A stretch of 64,000 nt of DNA, taken from assembly GCA_030141605.1 (NCBI GenBank), contig JAQGDQ010000335.1:186001-250000 (forward strand). The letters are read 5' to 3'. The notes below the pieces were generated by a model. That model searched no databases. It was given only the letters and a program-made list of their open reading frames with translations, and was not told the DNA's origin. Shown one piece after another: positions 28,001-40,000 of this stretch. A program made the position numbers and the translations under genes. Position 1 is the stretch's first letter. Every line of letters begins with the position of its first letter. This DNA comes from Tubiluchus corallicola. Taxonomy: Eukaryota > Animalia > Priapulida.

Positions 28001-31000
28001 ATCAATATTAGTTTCCGTAAAACTGGGTTTCACTTCAGTTGAACTAATACCTGGTGCCATGGAATTTCGTTTCACGAAGGTGATTTCAATAACTCTTTGT
28101 TGTCCAGTTTTCAGTTTGCTGTCAGGAATTTCAGCAATGCTGTTTCGTTGTCGTGATGTTTGGTCTTTGGATCGAGATGGTATTTTTGAAGACTTTGTTT
28201 CTTCCAAAGCCAAAGGATTGCGTATTGCTCCTAAATTAGCACTAGGCTTCTGCTCAAGAGAAATGACACGGTCACATGGATTTGACTGTTTCCACTGTTT
28301 AGGATGAAGTAACTTTGTTTGTTTTTTGGTCTTGACTTTAAGAACATCTGGGACACTATTAACTTTGTCTGCAGCATTTTCAGCTTTAACCTTACGTTTT
28401 GAACAGTCACTATCCTCTTTGATAGCTGTCATTTTTAAGTTTTGCTTTTCAAGTTTAATAGGTGACCTTAATTTAGATACATTCCTTTTCTGTGGAGCAC
28501 TTGTTACAGCAGCAGTGCTGCCATCTTCAGTAAGTATTTTTGAGTATCTTTTACATTCGACGTTAGCTGCTACTTCAGTAAGTTCTTTTGATGGAAGCTT
28601 GCTCACTTCATGCGATATCATCAAACTATTCCGTTCTGAATCATTTTCAGGCATCACCAACTCATCTGCAAATGAAATTTTAGAAGCACACCTTTCATTT
28701 GATTGAAATGGAATGCTTTCAGATGGCAGAACTTGACTATTCCTATATGTTTCTGGACGCACTACATCTGCTCCTGTGCTCATACGGAGGTCTGAATTAC
28801 GTTTCAGCATTCTGAAGTTCCGTCTTCTCATTTTTACCTGCTTCATGTCATTATCGACTGCTATCATCTTTAATTCATTATTTGGCACATTTGGTTCATA
28901 GTAGTGATCAGAAGGTTTTGTCTTTGTGTTGGGATCTGCATGTTTAGACAAATAACTGGATTTTTTTCCATCTTCTAGTTCATTCTGATAAATTAGATTC
29001 CTACACTGGTACACATCGAATGTGTGCCTTTTCTTGTCGGCCATCTGAGAGCCACACTCACTTCTTATAATGTCCAAGCTGCGAGACTTTTCATTAACTT
29101 GCGTCATTCCATTCAAATCCACATCGTCACCATGTTCTGAGTCCAGTGAATTATGGATGACCCTATAATGTCTACTGCTCTGATTTCCCATGATCCAAAC
29201 AATGCACCATGGACACTGTCTGTATAGTTAAACCATCCTTACATGCAAACAGAAATAGTAGAATCAGACTTGAGCATATCGTTCAATGCATCAGATATAT
29301 GATCTTTAAGTAAATCACCATCAAAGTTAACTTAATACGTTAACCTTAAAAGGTATTTTACCGCTGTACAATTTCAGCCGACTGTTCTTGGTTATAACCT
29401 TACAAGGCCGCAACAGTCATTAAATCCCTGGCGGCAATCAACGCAGTCTACAATCAGTCTTCAGGTAACAACCTCTTTGCGCTTTCGGTCTGACGCACAC
29501 AGACAGTCACAAATCATATCTCATACTCCTATAACCAAGGAAGGAAAGTCATAAATTTGCTACAGATAGTACTAAAGCTCTGTAAGAATGCACGCATCCA
29601 AAAATACGACTCACGTTAACCTCGGCGGTTTACGTTATGGCCAACAAAATCGCACAGCAATCCAACGACAATCCATCAGTTTTTGACCTATTGCATGACG
29701 ATTTAGGAAAATCAACATAGGCACATTTAAGCGAACAAAGACACCGGTTGCCGATTAGCGAGGCTTGCCAAAATCAACTCGAAAACTCTAAAACCAGCAG
29801 GAAAGTCTTACTGCTCAAAAAACTGTACTAACTTCGCACAAACAGAAGACTGGAGGGCGAGTCATGTGACACATCAAACAATAGACAGCTGTCGTATTAG
29901 CTGAGGACTCAACAATAAAACGAGGAAGTTTCTTTCTGAACTTGTTAACGTCGTGAGATTTTTTCTAAAGCTAAAACAAGTTTCCCCTCGTTGAAACGGT
30001 GGCGAGGCACGAAGAGAGGGCAAAACTGGTTGCTTACACCACAGAAAATTGGTTAGTAAACAATTAGACACATAAACCGCGGAGCAACAGTTTACACTCT
30101 CCTCCGAGAAAAATGACTTACGAACCTGCCAGAGTTTAATAACTGAAATAATTGCACGTAGCACATTCAAGCTAAAATCAACGGTGGTAACGGTAGCAGT
30201 TATCAAAAGCAAAAGAAAACACATACGACCAATCTCGGTAACGCCTGTTAACTTTAACTTTGTACGAATGCAAATCGGGTTAACTTTGCTTGCGTGTAGT
30301 AAACAAACGCTGCACAAGATCTTAGTTGCGAGCAATGAAAAAACTCATGCCACATCGTAAAATGCTTCACTGTTCATCGATGAAATACTATATATATATA
30401 TCTATAGTATTTCATACATGTATATATATATACAAATTCCGCTATCAAAACTACTTAAAGAATGGCCATGAACTAACAATTAAGCACCTATTGCACCACT
30501 ATGCAGCAAACAAGCACTACAGTCACCCAGCTACTGGACTTCTCTCGGCTGAATCATCAATTACAGGCGAAGCCCGCAGCGCTATGGGCTGAAGCTGATG
30601 AAGAGTGAGATATGGACCATGCTATGTACGCGTCATAAGGGGTGAAAAGCGGCCAATTGTGGGCAAACAAATTAACAACCAAAGGACAGCCTAAAGCAGC
30701 TTGCTATCTTCTGAACTTACTTAATAAAATAAGAAACTAGGAGAAATTCATAGTATTTTTATGGTGCATGAACTCTGCACGCTGATAAAGTTTATGAAGT
30801 CTCTTGCTATTTTTGAGCCCACTTTGATCTCCTAATTATATCAAAACGGTTTACGGTTTACAAAACTATGTGCAATTACGTATATTTAAAAAAAGTTCAA
30901 GCATTGAAATGACTAAAAATGGCACTAGATTGAGAAGTGATTGTTAGTTAGACGATAAGACCTGAGGAATTTAGCAGCAACTTGAGAAGGTGATCAATAA

Positions 31001-34000
31001 TTAACAAGTCATGCGCTAATTTAATATTAGGCTCTTCACCTTAAGTTTGATATGATTATGAAAGATGTAATTACTGAGGTCAGCTCAGGAAGAAATTATG
31101 AAAAGTAGTTACCTCAGCTCTGTTACGTCAGTTTTTTTTGTAACTTGTACTGCAATTGTCAGAGTACAATTTGACACTGCAGTGAAAAACTGAGAGCAGA
31201 AGAGGCTCTTAGAGTCACAGCAGAACATAATACAACAGGACATAGTAGAGTGGAAGGAAGTCGAGTGAAGTCCTTTTTAACTGAGGTGTAGTCGAGCGGG
31301 ACAAAACATAAAGAAAAAAGAGGAGGAGAAGGAAACAGGGTGAAGAGAAGAGAAACGCCGAAGTGGCAAAGAGACTAATTCAAAAACTTTTAACACCAGT
31401 TAGCAATCACCACTTCGTTGAATTCGGTTAATAAGCCCAGAGAACTAAGTAATACAGAGTACGGCAACGAAGAGACAAAACATAAAAGAGCAGAGTGTTG
31501 CACAGAAACACAGTAGAAGAGTGGATGAAATGAAGTGGACGGACTGGAGTGAAAGACACTGATGGACTGACTGGAAAGAAGAGGCACAGCGTAAAGTAAG
31601 GAGGTAAGATAATAATCGGGAAGAAAAGCGAAGAACAAAGAGAAAAAATGGAGAGGCGATAGCAGGACAGGACAAGAGGGAAGAGCTTGGGAAAAGGGAA
31701 AGGAGGAGGGGAGAAAAAAGACAAGGCCGGGCAGAACAGGACAGAGAAGAGAGATGGGAAGAAAACAGAAAGGAGGGCAAAGGGTGGGAGAAGAAAGGGG
31801 ATGAGAAAGTGGAGGAGGTAATCAGGGCACAGCAATGCAAACTATAAAACAGACAGCAGAGCAGGAGTAGACTGCCGAAACGAGAAGAATGTAATACGAA
31901 GAGTAGAGTAAATGGACACTGAAAAACAACACAACATAGTACAGCACCCGACAGTTAGCATAACGTAGTAGATTCCTATACCACCCCGTCCCTATCCCAA
32001 ATGGATGCATTTAGAAGCCAGTCTTGGAGAAGCCAAATGTTGGAGGTGGTAAAACGTGATTTTCCCAGCATGCCGATGGCGAGTGCAAATCTCATTTATA
32101 TGTACGGCAGATGCGAGTAATTTACCCCCAACATATGGAGGAATTCATTGGGGCCTGATGGCATTTGCCAGCGGTCTTCCGGCGTCTGTCACGTCTCAAG
32201 TATGTAGAAAATGCAGCGCCACATATCGCGAAGTCCTTAAACTGGCACATAAAAAATTACAAGACATAACTGGTGCCAAAATAGTATGCAATAAATAAGC
32301 TCATTTTAGCTAAAGTGACTTTGGAAAGAGATAAAACGAGACGGAAGACAGACACTATTTCACCTAACTCAAACCTCAAAGGAAAAGAATGATCTGAATT
32401 TGTACTCTATCACGTCTGTGACTTTGCCGCCAAATTCCAGAAATATTCTGATGACGAAAATCATCTAATGAACACAATTTGTTTACTCACTGTACAGACA
32501 TCACTAAAGTACCATCTCTGACACACCAGCGCTCAAATTTTCCATTGTCCCTACAGGACTTAAAAATCACAAAGCAACATCACCTAAAGCTTCTGAACCC
32601 AAACCAAAATGTAAAAAAATTAATTTCATCCCTTCACAGCAATTTTCTTGGAGGATAAAGGTTTCTGAGTGAAAAATATGTTAAAGAGACATTCTAATTT
32701 TGACTTTCTATAAATCTATAAAAAACCTTCTATAAAGATTCACACGCAGAATATTGTAAGAAAGTCAGCTAGACTGCTGACTTTCAAGTTGACATGAAAT
32801 GCAGACTATCCTACCCCAAATGTAAAACCAACTCCACTGACTCAAGTGTCAGTTCAGCTCTTGAAAATATAGACTGCCGACAGAAGCTGAGATAGAATTA
32901 CAATTTAACAACAAGGTAGGAGTCTAAAATAACTTGCTCCCGATTCAATGTGTCAACAAGTGAGTGGGTTAAAGTCGCACAGACGAACAGCCTGGAGAGG
33001 GTTTCCAGCAGCAAAAGATTTGCCAAAGTTAAGTAACTATCCCAAGAAGTGTAAGGATTGGCCTGTTTTTGCATCACAGTTTGACACAACGCACAACAAG
33101 ACGCCAGCGTAACATCAGAATGTAACAGACAAAATGTGGTACTGTACCCAAAATGCAGAGCAGAAAAAATCCTATCTGGAGGCAGAAATTACTATTAAAA
33201 CGATTATTAAAAAAATAAATTAACAATTAAATGATAATCAAAAGTGAACGATTATATCCTACGTGTCAGCACGGCAATTCAGGCTTCAAGCTTATTCATC
33301 GCCAACTTTATTTTGTCAATGATTTGAACCAAATTGTTCTCAACCATTTTGCTGCGACTTTAAATCCTAATAGCAAGCAATGACATTTACTGATTTGGCA
33401 ATAAAATAATCTGTTATCGTCTTAATTCACCTTCTGTTGTTTCGTGATGGTTGTGCTATGAGATTCTAGCAAGCTACACAATCATTCTATTTTTTTATAT
33501 GGGAAGAATATATTAATTGAGTTAAACACGTGTGCTGCTGTTTACACAGATTGAAAATTCCCTTAGACAAAGTATACGGCTCATTTTCCCTCTCCCAAGC
33601 TTTCATATCAGCCCAGAGGCAAGAGGAGAAGCCACACACTAAAACATCAACAAACACAAACATCCCCCCAGCTGCAGCCCAAATCATAGATGTCCGCCGC
33701 TGTTGTCACGGTAACCAGCAGCAGAAGTGCGTGTTGTTACACAGAAGTGTTTAAGTAAATAAATCGCTCGATGGTATGTAAATAAACAACAACATGTCCA
33801 CTGGAGCATTGCAGATGATATTAAAAGCCACAGTAATATTGATAAACAACCGGTAAAGTGCTGAATTCATTTGATCTTGTCATCTGTCATTTTCGAGAAA
33901 GCTTAATCACCAGCAATTTATACAGTCAATAAACTCGATAAATAATTACATACATTTCTATTTCCAGGAATATAGAAATGCTCTCATACTTGCAACCAGA

Positions 34001-37000
34001 AATATAATAAGATGTTAGTAACTTGCAGTCCTCCTCACTAGATGGCACCATGTGCTTGTTCGGATCATAAATTTAAAGGTGTGAGGTGCATGCACCCGTT
34101 TTATTTCAAATTAAGGAACTGTTTTTGCTATGACTGTAATGCGAGTGGGACACATTTTGTCAAAAGTTCGTTAAATAGCTCCAAAAATAAGACAAGAAAC
34201 TTCAAAGACAAAATAATTTTATTTTTTCTACATGCCAAAACAACTAAGAAAAGGACGCCTTATGTTTTATTGGAACACAAAGGTGTCCCGAACTCTGCAA
34301 CCAGAAAAACTTACTAATATAACTGGCCAACAGACGATAAAAATGGACTAAATAAAAGATTACTTTGAAATTTATAATACAGCTGATTTAGCTATCATAC
34401 CTATTTAATTATTTAGCCACGTCTAAATAAGAAATGAGCTCTCAATGGAATGCTGCATGTGAGAGCTTAAAATAGAATTACTGGCTATTATCATGGCCTA
34501 ATTCATAGCACAGCATAAATAAAGACTTTTGTTTACAATGTAGGATTTTGACTTTTTCTATTATTGTATATCAGGAGGCAATATACAATACTGTATATGG
34601 TACATCTATTATATCAATAATAATTGTATATTATTGTATATCAGGAAGCATTTATCTGATATTAGTCGGAACTGCTATCACAATACCAAATAACATGAAA
34701 AATTACTAAATGCTCTACCACAAGTAACACACAAAAACAGGTATCAAAGCATGCATCTCTCTACCTTTTTGTGCTTTCTTGCGTCTGAGAACAACAGTTC
34801 GATTGTACACCTCATGATCCTCGGGAGTGATCCGAATCTGTTCCTGTTTCATTCGCTGTAGTTCGGCTTTCTTTGCCCGGGTGGCAGCCGTGTCAGCATT
34901 GAACACGCTAGAAGTGGTGCGCTTGTTAGTGCTGGTAGTGTTAGTGGCAGGTTTTGCATCTGTGTTAGTAGAAGAAAGAGAAATTTCTATGTTAGACACT
35001 ACCAACAAAACGTTAAAAAAACTTTATAAAGTAACTAATGAAGAAATTATAAAAAGCTAGCTACACTACGTAGACCTATGCGTTCCATCTAGAAAAGCAC
35101 AATGTTGTAATAGGCAAGAGAGATGCCATAGCAACAGCAAAACTAACAAACAGAACTATTATTTCCAGTGCCTCTATAATGTTTCTTCAAATGAAACGTA
35201 AGTTTAAATATTGAAAGGATTATGGCATACTGATTAAAAGCAAGAAACCTAGTCATCTAGATGGTTTTTAGGCCTACAGTGATAACTGATTACTTAACTC
35301 ATTCTACCCAGTAACCAGTTATTTCTTTGTAATGAATTCTTTCAAAAAATGGGTTAGCCAATTAACTTGCAATTTACTGATTACTGATTCATTACAACAA
35401 TATCCAGAAACGTGTTTCAAATTAATCAACCATCAGGCTTTAAACGAACCACGAATTCCAGGCGAAATGTTTTACCAAATCAATTCTTTACTCAGTTTCA
35501 AATATCTATTAATTTCCCATCAACCAGCCGCTAAACTCCAATGTCTGAAATCGGAGCAATCGATGATTAGTTACCGTGGCAACATCTCTATTTCAGGCTT
35601 CAGTTAACCCTTTGATACACAAGCTAATGGCCATTGTGATAAAACAAGCTTATAGAAATTTAGTCATGTGGGATCAAAAATGGCATTTACATTAAAAAAG
35701 CAGTTTGTCAGCGATTTTCATGTTGGATCCTCGTGTAGGCCCTACCACTAATATCGTAACTTGCTAGGAAAAGTAGTAATACTAGTGGACATTTCCCACC
35801 ATCTTAAAACTTACCATTGAAATTTTAGCAAAGCATTTTAGCAAAGAGTCCTAAGCAAACCGAAAAGAAACGTACTCACATATTAGTTTATACACCAGAA
35901 TTATACTGATGCTTAGCTGTTACAGTATACTTAGTTTACTGCTATACTTAGGTTACATACACTTTGCAGACAGCGGATTTAACTCTTTTTAATCAGCTAC
36001 CAATAGGTGTGAGTCAATGAGTGACTTAACTTGAGTGACACCTTTCTTACTAACAGCTTACCATATGCCCTATAACTATATTTCACAGACTTAACACGAT
36101 TTTTTTGCGAGGCCCTTACGCTAAGGGTGATTGAGAAAACTCATTATAACATGTTTGCAAGTTTTCCGAACTTCCTTACTCTTACTATGTTTAAGCCTGC
36201 AGTCTTTACTTGTATAAATCACATAAACTCTGACTAAAATTGTTTTAAAAATAAAGCAGTTTTATTTACTGACCTTTCTTGTTTTTGCCTTGTCCCGTCA
36301 ATGATTCTTTATTATTCACCAAGGCTGCACGCCGGCTAGCTATACCTGGTTTCGCTTGTGAAGTCCTGGCTACTGGTTGAGAGGCTGGTATGGCAGTCCC
36401 TTCTTTCGAACTTTGAACTTTTTTCTCAGTAGCTGCATAAAAAATTGATTTGCTTTCCGCTCATTTGGTACAATTTTGAAATGTTTAATACTAGTTACTT
36501 ATTCATCTTGTACTTAAAGGGGAAGGAAAGGGAATGCATTTTAAAGTCATACAGTTATACTCAAATAATTGCACAGTAAAAATTTCATTGTGCAATACTT
36601 AATATGCTTACTTGTTTGAAATATGTAACAGGAAAAAAATTCTTAGTAAATTAACACATTCCTATTAACTGATAAAATGTCACTGACTCACCATCCTAGT
36701 GTACACCACTGGCTCAGAAAAACACATATTATTAATCTTACTGACCACTAATTTACACTTTTGCTTAGTGAAGTGAGTACTGCAAATGCCCTGACTATTT
36801 TTTCGAATTAGATGCAATGTTAACTTAACTTGTTTCAATTTCTTACACAATAGCTTACTAATAAAATGGCTGTGCCTAACTGTCAATCTGGGACGTAAAG
36901 TTTACAAGTTTTATACAATGTTTATGTTAATACAAGCTCGTGTGTAGTAAGACAGCATCTAGGTGATGCAAAATTACAAGACAAGTTTTTTATCTTCATG

Positions 37001-40000
37001 CACGAATTTGCTTTTCTTGTCCTTTAATGATTAATGCAAGATGATTACATAACTGGTATTAAAACATATTTCTTTCTTGAAATATGCAACATGGTGTGAG
37101 AGTTAAACTGCCAAATGGATGCATAGTATGGGGCAAAGTGATAACACACAACATAAATCTGTGTAGCTTTTACAAGATTCAGAAGACGAAAGACATTTGA
37201 TGGAAGAACAGCTCCCATAAGGGTATGGTAAGAAGTTTCTTAAGGGGTAGAAGGAATTTGCCCTGAAAATGTTCTAAATTGTCCTCTATTCTGATATAAA
37301 TGATTTCCAAGTAGGTGCAAACCATGAGCCACATAATTACATAGGATACAGAGACAAGCAAAAGTATCTAAAAACCAAACTATATATACTTATGGGCCTA
37401 TTTATGTTTATACATATTTGTACTCAGTATAACATTTACAGTGTCAAGAAATGATAGCCAGTTTTAGCTACGCAAAGTAATCACAAGTAGATGCAAACGT
37501 ATATTTTAATATACTATTTAATATACTATTTTAATGTTTTATACAATAATATTTCTTTTTCATGTGTTTTTAAAGTTCGTTTCACACACCAATGTTAGAA
37601 ATTGAAAATTAACAAAGTGAGAAAAACAAATGAGTAATGACACCATCCCATTAAGATACCAACATGAATCGAATCTCTGCTCATTTCTCGTCCTCAGTGC
37701 TGCAAATAATGTCAGTACCAGATATTAAGATGTGTTCTTCACTCAAAATTAAATGCCCTTTATAATGACTTTCTTAGTTGTTATCTGCTCTTTTTTGTTT
37801 CTCCTGCACAATGGGGGCAATCACCTCCTGACACCCCCATAACAATTTCAATAGTAATAGCAATACATGTAGTAATAATGTAAAAATGCAAGAAGTCTAA
37901 ATTATAATAACCTTTACAGAAAAATCATGAGTATAACACGAGCAGTCACAAGCAAACATGCAATACTTTAAGGTGTAGTTTTCCTAATGTTTTAGAATTT
38001 CAAAAGAAATAATAAAGAAATAATCCTTTTGCAAACATGTCTATAACCTTGCCAGTACACTGATAAGCAAGTACTTAAAAAGTGTATAAAAGGACTTACA
38101 TGGTATAGTGAAAAAACTGATAGCAGGTACTATTATTAAAAAAAAACTTGCCTTACAAGAAACACTGCCAGCTAAAAAAAGGTGGTGCAGTGTTGTTGTT
38201 TTTTTAATTTTGATATCCTAAATTGTGAAATTTTAAAATAAAATTATTTGCTTTGAACCCAGCTTTTGTCCTGAAAATGTACAATTCACTTGTCTTAGGA
38301 GCACCCCCAGCAGACCCCCACTTCATATATGCGAATGACAACTGAGTACAACTCCATCCAAAAACAATTGTGAACCAAAGAAAGACAGAAGTCAAAGTGC
38401 ACTAAATCTTTGAAAATTCAAACTGTTTTCTAAGTTTTTAATTCTTGTCCTCAGTTGTAAAATAAAATTTTGCAAAAGTGTTTTTCAAAATGTTGTTTTT
38501 TGCATTAATTTATATTTGCTTATGATAAATAATCATGTTCCTTTTAACAATGTTTTTCATGCAACATATTAAGCCCATTAAAAATCTGAGAAAAGTTAGT
38601 AATGAAAATAACAGTATTACAACACTACAACAAATTACAGTAAAATAATTTAAAATGCTTAGTGCAGTGACCAAAAGGCTTATAAACATGACTTTATAAA
38701 GCAATTTTCCAATGTTGGCACAAAGTATCAAGAGACTTGCTGTTAAATTGCTTCATAATTAATTTAATACTTACGTTTGCTTTCAGTCGATTTCAATTCA
38801 GTAATACATGGCTGCGATGAATTTATTTCTCTGGTGACTTCTGAGTGATTTTCTGTTTTTACTTTGCCTGTGAATGGACAAACGCAAACTAAAGTCATGC
38901 CGGCACCAAAAGAAACATATCAACATAACTAGAGCTTAGAAATCCTAACAGCATGTTTTGAGGCTACACAGTTCAACACAGCAACCTTTCATAAAGCATC
39001 ATACATGGATGAGTGCTTGGCTAAAATAAACAATATTCATTAGAAGATCAATAATAGTAGAAACCCTATTAATTACATGATGCCTACCCTGAAGGATGCA
39101 GCACTAATACAGTGCAGGCAGCCAGAAGCAGCTTTACTGCTGAGCTGTATTTAACAATGATTGTCACAATCAATGTATGTTCCAAGAACTACACTAGCAC
39201 ATGCATTCACTTGCAGGTGCCAGCAGATAAAATAGTTTATTTGCAAAGATTATTCAAGATTGTGAGAGGAAATCACGATAACTACCCTATTTTGAAGTAT
39301 AGCCAAATTTACACATTTTAACACCCATAATAATGCCAAAACTTTTCTGATAATTAAATAATTGGTTAAAAATTAATTAATGGCAGGTAAGCTCAATTAG
39401 TGATGAAATCACAAGTGAACATAACTTTCAATAGCCCAAACAAATCATGAGCATGTTCCACATGTTTGCGAAAGCGAAAATAGAAGTACAGTGATACTGT
39501 GTACAGCATTCAATATGATTTACAAAAACTCGTCAAATTTTAAGTTTAAAATTCAAATTTCAAATATACCCCTGTGCTCATGCAGGAGTAGTCGAACATG
39601 TGAGCTACATCATAACCGAACACCTGTTTTTCAGCAATGTGTTTCCGAGATGGATGGCGCTGATGATCATGTAATTAACAAATGACAAAATGGCATACAA
39701 CAGGTAACAAACTAACTGAGCAAATGTGAAATTACATCATTCTGTGGTAATAATTATTTAACCTGAATTCGTTTTTGAAGAAATAGTATTCACTTTCAAT
39801 ATTTTACAGTGTAGATTTTTTTGAGCTATAGTTTAAGGCGGGGTCCGGTTTTCCTTTAAAGTTTATCTATTACTTAATGTTTGTTTAAATTCATCATAAT
39901 TGATTTGAACTAAGTCAATTTCACTCGAAATGAAAAGTAACCCCACCTAAAAGCTCCAAGATTTTTGAATAACTAAGAGTGGACATGGCTATGGTCTTTT

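Noticed and set aside
27372-28706. Plus-strand ORFs opposite the large exons (also 40741-42904 and 43912-44262)
   Set aside because: Antisense shadows of real coding exons
32491-32550. 60-bp exon-like segment on the minus strand (cctgtag...CA|GTGAGT)
   Set aside because: Has a stop in the phase-1 frame needed for the gene; could be a UTR exon but has no other support
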